From: an uncultured virus (IMG/VR IMGVR_UViG_3300025133_008129)
Taxonomy: Duplodnaviria; Heunggongvirae; Uroviricota; Caudoviricetes
Length of the DNA: 20,000 nt
Direction: 5' to 3' (one strand)
Virus record (IMG/VR): IMGVR_UViG_3300025133_008129
The position numbers and the translations under genes are program-made. Below the pieces are notes generated by a model. The model saw nothing but the letters and a program-made list of their open reading frames with translations, had not been told where the DNA came from and did not search any database. Positions 9,813-16,707 of this stretch are shown one piece after another; within the stretch, counting starts at the first letter, position 1; every line of letters starts with the position of its first letter.

Positions 9813-10928
9813 ATGCCAATAAAAAGTTTTGAACCCCTAAATCCTAATACGGATATAACCACCACAAGAACCTTCTTGCATGAGGTGGTGCCGGTAACAG
9901 GTGCTATTGTTAGTGGAACATATGGTGTATTTACGACAGAAAACAATATTAAAAATTATACTCATGGCCAGTTTCAATCTGTTTATGACTATCCATATTT
10001 AAGCTCTTCAGCAAACCATATATTTGATATAACAATGGGCTACGACGAGAGTTCAGCGCTGTCGAGTTCTGCCTCAACGCAAAACAGCAAAAAGATCAAT
10101 ATGTATAATCAATTCTCGCAGTTGTTATTGGGCTACACGGGTTCTGATAATACCGTTCGTGTGTTCGAAAGCGATCTGGTTTTAGATCTTACGGGTTCAA
10201 TGAAAGAAGTATATTTTATTAACTTTTCTCGATTGCTCACCAAAGATCAAATCAAGAAAGGATCCGTAGAAATTAAACTTGGCCGCGGCAAGATGCGCGG
10301 TGCTGCCGGTAATGCCGGCTGCGCATTCAATAGTGCAACCGGGTCGAGCGACATGGTTATAACTCTAACAGACGCCTCAGCTTCGGTGGATGATACCGGA
10401 ACGTTTAACACTCTTGGGGGAGACTATGGTGTTTTGTATGACGCCGGCGGCGCTGGCGCGACAGACACAGGCATTGGAAAAGGAATCATATTCTACCAAG
10501 CCGGCGTCATGGTTTTGACGGCATCGATTTTCTCTTCTTCGAATGGGAATTTAGATGATTTCTGGAAATACGAAGGCAATTCATGGAGTGTAACACAATC
10601 CATGATGACCGGAGCAATCAGCGCCTCATGTGATGCTCTCAGGCAACGAATTCAAAGCATCTCGTTCAATAACACAACCGAGATTAATTCAACAATCTAC
10701 TTCTGCCGCGTACCACACAATAAATTCAACTACAGCACGAACCCGACATATATAACCGGAAGCAAGTTGAGAGTTAAAAACACTTCGGGAGATCCATCAG
10801 TTTCATATATAACAACAGTTGGTCTTTATAGCTCGAATAACGAGCTGTTAGCAGTAGCCAAACTTTCAGAGCCACTTAAGAAGACGCCGAGTAACGAGCT
10901 AACTCTTCGTGTTAGATTGGACTATTGA
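9813..10928 (+). CDS. Putative tail/baseplate structural protein, paralog B1
   Basis: C-terminal FNYSTNPTY...YITTVGLYSSNNELLAVAKLSEPLKK resembles the GLYD..G.LIAVA end of tail-fibre anchor/baseplate domains; GGAG upstream. Confidence 0.6.
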   Translation: MPIKSFEPLNPNTDITTTRTFLHEVVPVTGAIVSGTYGVFTTENNIKNYTHGQFQSVYDYPYLSSSANHIFDITMGYDESSALSSSASTQNSKKINMYNQFSQLLLGYTGSDNTVRVFESDLVLDLTGSMKEVYFINFSRLLTKDQIKKGSVEIKLGRGKMRGAAGNAGCAFNSATGSSDMVITLTDASASVDDTGTFNTLGGDYGVLYDAGGAGATDTGIGKGIIFYQAGVMVLTASIFSSSNGNLDDFWKYEGNSWSVTQSMMTGAISASCDALRQRIQSISFNNTTEINSTIYFCRVPHNKFNYSTNPTYITGSKLRVKNTSGDPSVSYITTVGLYSSNNELLAVAKLSEPLKKTPSNELTLRVRLDY

Positions 10929-10952
10929 TTCCTTCTAAAAAGAGAAAATCAT

Positions 10953-12251
10953 ATGTTTAGAAAATTTGGCCCGAACGATATCATTCGAAATGCTTTGGTA
11001 GCTCACCCTAAGTCCACATTTTTTATCTATGAATCTCGCGTGTATTATAACGATAAGCCAGTGCAATCTGGATCGTTTGGGTCCGCCCGCTTAAGCTATT
11101 ATGTCGTCGCTGGCGATACTAACGCTCAAATTGGTGTTGTAGCACCACTTGGAAATGTTAGTTTATACGAATATAATATTGATCGTATTAAATCAATATC
11201 GCCCTCGGCACCGACGCCTAATCAGACCATATATCCGTATTTGACAAAAGATGGTTCAAAATCTAGCTTCAAGACAGTAATCAAGGCATCATCAATATAT
11301 AACAATGAATTTGATTTTGGCGATACATTAGCTGGTATATATCCGATGACCGCCTCTATACGTAGAGATTATATAACGACCCCACACGACAGCACCACAG
11401 GAGTTTATAACCAATATTTCGTGGCTTTAAAAAACAAATTAAATTTATATGGAGTTAGATCGCGACACTATAAAGTAACTTCATCTTACGGAGATAAGAG
11501 CCAACAAACATTAAATCTTATTCATATTCCTTCTATCTTTTACGGCCAACGAATAAGGCCCGGAAGCTTATCGCTGAAGTGGTATTATTCTGGTTCTCTT
11601 ATAGGAGAACTAAGAGACACTAAGCAGAACGGAGAGCTAATTCAAGTTTCTGGTACCTACGATGGTGTCGGCGATGTTAATGCGGCAAACATCGGAAACG
11701 TAGCAGGGGTAGCTTTATATGATGAGGGGCTGTTGCTGATGACAGGTTCGTGGGATCTTAGCAACGCCAATGTACATCTGAGAGCCGGAGATACAGCATC
11801 AAAGCCACAGTGGATTTATTGGGGTGCTGGTGCTCATGATGGAGTTAATGAGGGCACAGTAAATAGTGGTGGTGGAAGTATTACATTTACGAATGCTGCG
11901 TTTGAATTATCGTTCGAAGGAACAACAAAAACACAAGTACTTACAATGTATGCTCATGCTAATAAAGGCAAAGTTAATTACTCCAATAACCCAACGTTTA
12001 TAGAATATGGTCAAGAACAACTACAACAAACTTCTTCACACGTATATGAGGAGAACTCAAAGAGGCTAATCAAGAACACAGTTAGTTCTAGCTACAGTAA
12101 TTATAGTGCCTCTTTTAAGAGACAAGTGTATATATCCAAGGTAGCAGTATATGACGTCACTAAAAATTTAATAGGTGTTGCTACACTATCCAGTCCGGTC
12201 CTTAAAGAAGAAGAGCAGGACTATACATTTAAAATAAAATTGGACTTGTAA
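10953..12251 (+). CDS. Putative tail/baseplate structural protein, paralog B2
   Basis: C-terminal VNYSNNPTF...YISKVAVYDVTKNLIGVATLSSPVLK...FKIKLDL matches B1. Internal IRPGSLSL and GVALYDEGLLLMTGS match B1 IKKGSVEI and GIIFYQAGVMVLTAS. Confidence 0.6.
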   Translation: MFRKFGPNDIIRNALVAHPKSTFFIYESRVYYNDKPVQSGSFGSARLSYYVVAGDTNAQIGVVAPLGNVSLYEYNIDRIKSISPSAPTPNQTIYPYLTKDGSKSSFKTVIKASSIYNNEFDFGDTLAGIYPMTASIRRDYITTPHDSTTGVYNQYFVALKNKLNLYGVRSRHYKVTSSYGDKSQQTLNLIHIPSIFYGQRIRPGSLSLKWYYSGSLIGELRDTKQNGELIQVSGTYDGVGDVNAANIGNVAGVALYDEGLLLMTGSWDLSNANVHLRAGDTASKPQWIYWGAGAHDGVNEGTVNSGGGSITFTNAAFELSFEGTTKTQVLTMYAHANKGKVNYSNNPTFIEYGQEQLQQTSSHVYEENSKRLIKNTVSSSYSNYSASFKRQVYISKVAVYDVTKNLIGVATLSSPVLKEEEQDYTFKIKLDL

Positions 12252-12592
12252 TGAATCCAATAGTGTTGGTTACCCCTCGCCTAACAAAGTTCTTATCATT
12301 TGTTGTCGATATAAGAGCAATAACACTGTTCCCTTTCATTCTGTGTGGTGAGAAGTTATCAGATGAAATTTTAAATCACGAAACAATACATATCGCTCAA
12401 CAAAAGGAACTATTTGTGGTATTCTTTTATATGTTGTATGTTTGGGATTATTTAAAAGGTCTAATTAAGTTTCGAGATAAAGAACTAGCATATAGAAATA
12501 TCAGGTTCGAACAAGAAGCGTACGCACAAATGCACAATAAGAAATATTTACAAAACAGAAACCGCCATAGTTGGCGCAAATATAAGGCGTAA
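12251..12592 (+). CDS. Small HExxH putative zinc metallopeptidase-like protein
   Basis: LNHETIHIAQQ (HExxH), a hydrophobic stretch, then FEQEAY as a candidate third ligand; TAATG coupling to the upstream gene. Confidence 0.65.
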   Translation: MNPIVLVTPRLTKFLSFVVDIRAITLFPFILCGEKLSDEILNHETIHIAQQKELFVVFFYMLYVWDYLKGLIKFRDKELAYRNIRFEQEAYAQMHNKKYLQNRNRHSWRKYKA

Positions 12593-12593
12593 A

Positions 12594-13145
12594 ATGATCC
12601 TCGGTATTGATGTTTCCACCAGCATAACTGGTTTTGCTTTGGTGGGTGACGGCGAAATCCTTCACTATAGCGTGTGTGACTTACGAAAGCACAAGGGTAC
12701 TTTTGCAAAAGCAGAAGCCATCAAGGAATACATCGAAGACTTATATGAGATGTACCAGCTAGATAATGATTCTTTTATAGGAGATGCGAGGTTTCCGATA
12801 GATAAAATTTATATTGAACAACCACTAATGATGTTTGCTAAAGGCCGCTCATCCGCAAGTGTTATCGCAACCTTAACAGCATTTAACGGCATAGTATCGT
12901 GGTTTGTTTATGAGTTGTTCGAGATTGAGCCGGAATACATCTCTGCATCGTCCGCAAGGAAGAAGGCGGGCATTAATGTAAAAAGGGGACAAAAGGCCAA
13001 GGAAGTGGTCTTAGCACATCTTCTAGAACATGAGCCGGCCTTTAATATAGAATACACAAAACACGGTAACCCGGTTGCCGGTTCATATGATAAAGCAGAC
13101 GCTATTGTAATAGCAAAAGCCGGCTATACGATAGAAAATACTTGA
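12594..13145 (+). CDS. ruvC: RuvC-like Holliday junction resolvase
   Basis: RNase H-fold RuvC motifs: MILGIDVSTSITG (catalytic D), IYIEQP (catalytic E), YDKADAIVIA (DxxD). Confidence 0.85.
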   Translation: MILGIDVSTSITGFALVGDGEILHYSVCDLRKHKGTFAKAEAIKEYIEDLYEMYQLDNDSFIGDARFPIDKIYIEQPLMMFAKGRSSASVIATLTAFNGIVSWFVYELFEIEPEYISASSARKKAGINVKRGQKAKEVVLAHLLEHEPAFNIEYTKHGNPVAGSYDKADAIVIAKAGYTIENT

Positions 13146-13170
13146 CACCCAGAAGTGGTTGTGTTATATT
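13142..13170 (+). promoter_or_regulatory. Sigma70-type promoter upstream of PPIase
   Basis: TTGACA (13142-13147), 17-nt spacer, TATATT (13165-13170) with extended -10 TG; AGGAG RBS before the ATG at 13204. Confidence 0.8.
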
Positions 13171-13203
13171 AGATAAAATTTCATTATAAACATAGGAGAC
13201 AAA

Positions 13204-13767
13204 ATGAAAATAAAAAACGGAAATACAGTAAGCGTGCATTACAAAGGCACACTAAGCGATGGAACAGAATTTGATAATTCTAGAACGCGAGGGACGCCAT
13301 TAAATTTCAAGGTCGGTTCCGGAAAAATGATCCGCGGATTTGATGGAGCGTGTGTTGGCATGACTACGGGCCAAACAAAAACAGTTTCGATAAACCCAGC
13401 GGATGCTTACGGAGAGAGAAATCCAAAAGCACTTCAGCCAGTACCTAAAAATGCTTTCGGGCCAGATTTTAACTTCCAAGTTGGCCAACCAGTTCAAGGT
13501 AACGGCCCACAAGGTCCGTTTCTGGCTATGATCCATGCACTTGAAAATGACATGGTAGTTCTAGATATGAATCATCCTTTGGCTGGCAAAGAGCTAACCT
13601 TTGAGATTGAGGTGGTATCGGTGGAGAATAGCGAAACAACAACAGCATCAAGCTGGAGTGCTACAATGAAGAAAGCAGAATTGTTGCAAATCGCAAAAGA
13701 TAACAACCTTGATGTTACCACCAAAACAACCAAAGCTCAGATTGTGGAAGCTCTTCAAACTTTGTAG
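13204..13767 (+). CDS. FKBP-type peptidyl-prolyl cis-trans isomerase (SlyD/SlpA-like, with IF domain) plus C-terminal HeH/Rho-N-like extension
   Basis: VSVHYKGTLSDGTEFD, GSGKMIRGFD, PADAYGE, LDMNHPLAGKELTFEIEVV. No His-rich SlyD tail; ends instead in WSATMKKAELLQIAKDNNLDVTTKTTKAQIVEAL. Confidence 0.9.
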   Translation: MKIKNGNTVSVHYKGTLSDGTEFDNSRTRGTPLNFKVGSGKMIRGFDGACVGMTTGQTKTVSINPADAYGERNPKALQPVPKNAFGPDFNFQVGQPVQGNGPQGPFLAMIHALENDMVVLDMNHPLAGKELTFEIEVVSVENSETTTASSWSATMKKAELLQIAKDNNLDVTTKTTKAQIVEALQTL

Positions 13768-13773
13768 AGTTTC

Positions 13774-13802
13774 TTGACAGTCAGTTTTGAATATGCTATA
13801 GT
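13774..13802 (+). promoter_or_regulatory. Sigma70-type promoter upstream of primase
   Basis: TTGACA (13774-13779), 17-nt spacer, TATAGT (13797-13802) with extended -10 TG. Confidence 0.8.
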
Positions 13803-13819
13803 GTTCGTTGTGAGGGCAT

Positions 13820-14758
13820 GTGAATATCAAAGCCGCAAAGAAGATTCTTAATGAAACGCTTGGAGACAGCACAAACAAAGGCGCCGAACTTCTTTTCGCG
13901 TGCCCGTCATGTGATCATAGAAAACGTAAATTTTCAGTTAACATTGTTAAAAATGTTTTTAAATGCTGGATTTGTGATTATCGCGGTCGGAATATTAGGC
14001 GTGTTGTGCGTCGGTTTGGCGGCCATAACCAATTGGCGGCGTGGGACGCAATATTCGGGCGTCAAGATATTGAAAGGTTTGCTGATCTCTTTATGGAGGG
14101 AGGCGTGGAAGAACGCCGAGAGAAAGTGGAACTCCCGCCAGAATTCACAACCCTCTGCTCAGAACACCAACCAGCAACAGCCAGTTACGCATTACGGTAT
14201 CTCTACAAAAGAGGAGTAAGCAAAGCCGACATCCTCAAATGGAAGATCGGATATTGTTTCGGTGGCGAATATAGGAGCAGGATCATTATCCCGTCTTTCA
14301 ACGACGATGGTGATTGCTCCTATTTCATTGCGAGATCATATAACGGTGACTCATATAAATATAAGAACCCGCCCGTGTCAAAAGATATTGTATTTAATGA
14401 GTTATTTATTAACTGGAACAAAGACCTAGTTATTGTAGAAGGAGTCTTTGATGCACTGGTCGCAGGAAATGCTGTTCCCATTCTGGGCTCAACACTTAGA
14501 TCGAACTCCGATCTTATCCGCAAAATTGTCCTCAACGACACACCCATTTACATCGCCCTCGACCCAGACGCGAGAAAGAAAGAAAATAGAATCATTCAAA
14601 TGCTTCTTAAATATGATATTGAGATGTATAAAATAGATGTGAGTGGCTATGAGGATGTAGGTTCAATGCCGAAAGAGGTCTTCCGAGAAAGAAAGAATAA
14701 CGCCTCCTTTATAGATAGGGACGACTATTTACTGTTGAATTTGTTATCAGCAGTTTAG
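13820..14758 (+). CDS. dnaG: DnaG-like DNA primase (zinc finger plus TOPRIM)
   Basis: GTG start. CPSC...FKCWIC zinc ribbon, YLYKRG, RIIIP, FIARS, KYKNP, TOPRIM IVEGVFDAL and ALDPDA. No helicase domain. Confidence 0.88.
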   Translation: MNIKAAKKILNETLGDSTNKGAELLFACPSCDHRKRKFSVNIVKNVFKCWICDYRGRNIRRVVRRFGGHNQLAAWDAIFGRQDIERFADLFMEGGVEERREKVELPPEFTTLCSEHQPATASYALRYLYKRGVSKADILKWKIGYCFGGEYRSRIIIPSFNDDGDCSYFIARSYNGDSYKYKNPPVSKDIVFNELFINWNKDLVIVEGVFDALVAGNAVPILGSTLRSNSDLIRKIVLNDTPIYIALDPDARKKENRIIQMLLKYDIEMYKIDVSGYEDVGSMPKEVFRERKNNASFIDRDDYLLLNLLSAV

Positions 14759-14768
14759 GAGAATAACT

Positions 14769-15539
14769 ATGAAAATCACAATAGCGAGATTAAAAGAGAT
14801 CATCAAAGAAGAGGTCCAAAGTGTAGTGGAGGGGAAATACGGACCGGCCCGCCCGGGCTGGCCTGAAGGAGATTCCCGCGATGCATCATCTAAAGCTAAC
14901 GTCGATAAGGAGGGCGCCAAGGAGGCGTTCGTTGTCAGCGATCTATATTGGCTTCAACTTCTTTTGAGAGTGCTCGACAAATCGAAAGAAGTTAATATGA
15001 GGATGCTTCCCAAATATACCAACGACGTAGTTCAGGCCATCGATGAGATAGACCGCTGGAATCACCGCTCGGATGATCAGAAAAAAAGATCCGGCTCGAC
15101 CAAGAGAGATCTCGACAAACACTGGAGTGCCCTTGATCTCGGCCACCGAAACCCGCAGTATAAACAGGAGGGATTTGAACACTGGTTGAAGTTTCACAAG
15201 GGATTTAATCGAGCCCTCGAAGATTTAGAGGGAGGGATGTTTGACCAAGCAGACGCGGATGCAGCTGAGAAATATACTTTGCATGTTTCCAACGACCTTG
15301 GATATCAAGCAGTGCTTGACGATTTAGAGAAGTCAGATCCAACCGGAACGCTTCGACGATTCATCAGCTCTGGTAGCAGCATTACGGGACCACATCGTTT
15401 CAACCGCCGCAAGGCAGCCCGTAATGCCGCGCCATGGCTGAGACAGATACTTGAACCAGTCCGGCGCGGCCTCAAGAAAGTTGGATTAGCCGAGATCATC
15501 GAGGAAGAGATAGAAATAGTAATAAACGAGCACGAATAG
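14769..15539 (+). CDS. Hypothetical protein with MKITIARLKEIIKEE leader
   Basis: AGGAG RBS. Leader motif at the N-terminus and a similar LAEIIEEEIEIVINE motif at the C-terminus. Confidence 0.75.
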   Translation: MKITIARLKEIIKEEVQSVVEGKYGPARPGWPEGDSRDASSKANVDKEGAKEAFVVSDLYWLQLLLRVLDKSKEVNMRMLPKYTNDVVQAIDEIDRWNHRSDDQKKRSGSTKRDLDKHWSALDLGHRNPQYKQEGFEHWLKFHKGFNRALEDLEGGMFDQADADAAEKYTLHVSNDLGYQAVLDDLEKSDPTGTLRRFISSGSSITGPHRFNRRKAARNAAPWLRQILEPVRRGLKKVGLAEIIEEEIEIVINEHE

Positions 15540-15550
15540 AAACAACGACC

Positions 15551-16462
15551 ATGCAGATCACAGAACACAGATTGCGACAGATCATTATAGAAGAGGCACA
15601 AGTCCGCTTCATTAACGAGATTATAGAAGAAGAGTTGTATGGCGTTCTTTTCGAAAGTGACGAAGATATTGAAAGCAAATGGAAGAACAGTCAGACATTT
15701 CGTACGAAAGTTAAAAATGCTTTAAGAAATTTTGATGAACTACCGTCCATAAAAAAGAAAACAGTTATCATGATTTTGGGCGCCCTCGGCGCTCTTGGAA
15801 CACAGCTAGCGGCCGAATTCGCTCATGATGATCAGAAGAGAGAAATTAAAACTCAACTTAGGAAAGATAAGGAGGCATACGAAGACTACCGTTTTGGTAC
15901 AGTCGAAGATATTAAGCATTTTAGAGATGCCGCAACATCAGAAGGTTCTGTCATTGACAAAAACGATGCCGAGGGTATCAAAAACGTAAAACAAAAGTTT
16001 CTGAAACGCGGTGTAGAACTCGCCCCAATCATTGCAGATAATGCTATAGCCTTGACAACAGGGACAAACGACTTTGTATACACGCCAGCAGACACCATGA
16101 CCGATGAAGAGTGGATGCCATTTGTTGGAATGACAAAAAAAGCATGGGAGGCCATAGTCCGAACGTGGTTATTGGATACCGACGGACGAGAGAGACTAGA
16201 GAAGTTTCTTGGGACGTCTGAAAAAACCCAAGCAGTATTTTGGGCTTATGACTCAGACGGACAACTATTTTCATTTGCCGACGACTCCGGACAATATATG
16301 TGGTTGCCGCCAGAGTGGTCGGTTGCCTATGAAGTTATTCAAAAGAACAAAGCCCGGGCAGGCAACTCCGAAAAAAACGACAGTGATTTGAATATTTTTG
16401 GAGATTCTGGCATAGGTGTATGGAAAGAAACTTTGAGAAAGTACTTGACATCTCTCCCATAA
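15551..16462 (+). CDS. Hypothetical protein with MQITEHRLRQIIIEE leader and one hydrophobic segment
   Basis: Leader motif followed by a second INEIIEEEL copy; hydrophobic VIMILGALGALGTQLAA preceded by KKK. Confidence 0.75.
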   Translation: MQITEHRLRQIIIEEAQVRFINEIIEEELYGVLFESDEDIESKWKNSQTFRTKVKNALRNFDELPSIKKKTVIMILGALGALGTQLAAEFAHDDQKREIKTQLRKDKEAYEDYRFGTVEDIKHFRDAATSEGSVIDKNDAEGIKNVKQKFLKRGVELAPIIADNAIALTTGTNDFVYTPADTMTDEEWMPFVGMTKKAWEAIVRTWLLDTDGRERLEKFLGTSEKTQAVFWAYDSDGQLFSFADDSGQYMWLPPEWSVAYEVIQKNKARAGNSEKNDSDLNIFGDSGIGVWKETLRKYLTSLP

Positions 16463-16473
16463 GGGAGTATATT
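16445..16473 (+). promoter_or_regulatory. Sigma70-type promoter upstream of small ORF and sbcDC fusion
   Basis: TTGACA (16445-16450), 17-nt spacer, TATATT (16468-16473); AAGGAG RBS at 16482-16487. Confidence 0.8.
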
Positions 16474-16492
16474 TAATGTATAAGGAGCAATT

Positions 16493-16651
16493 ATGTTTAA
16501 CTTTAAGAATGCTGTTTCAACCTTTCTCGACAAAAAAGTATTAGGTAACGTGACTTTGATGGAGTCTGGTATTCTGATGTCTATGTTTGTTGGATTTGTT
16601 TTAGTTGTGAATACATTAAGCTATATTGTTGCTTGTAACATCGCAAGCTAA
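16493..16651 (+). CDS. Small 52-aa putative single-pass membrane protein (absent from the ORF track)
   Basis: MFNFKNAVSTFLDKKVLGNVTLMESGILMSMFVGFVLVVNTLSYIVACNIAS*; has its own promoter and a strong RBS; hydrophobic C-terminal half. Confidence 0.7.
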   Translation: MFNFKNAVSTFLDKKVLGNVTLMESGILMSMFVGFVLVVNTLSYIVACNIAS

Positions 16652-16654
16652 TTT

Positions 16655-16694
16655 AAACACTTCTACTATCATTTATTAGTGGAGGTGTTTGTTT
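16655..16694 (+). terminator. RNA hairpin, possible intrinsic terminator or attenuator
   Basis: AAACACTTCTACTA / TAGTGGAGGTGTTT form a 14-bp stem with two G-U pairs and an 8-nt loop, ending in TTTGTTT. Confidence 0.55.
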
Positions 16695-16707
16695 ATAAGG
16701 AGAGTAT

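Noticed and set aside
12594..13145. RuvC-like ORF as TnpB, Cas12 or IscB
   Set aside because: Only 183 aa with contiguous resolvase motifs; no zinc finger, guide-RNA space or array nearby.
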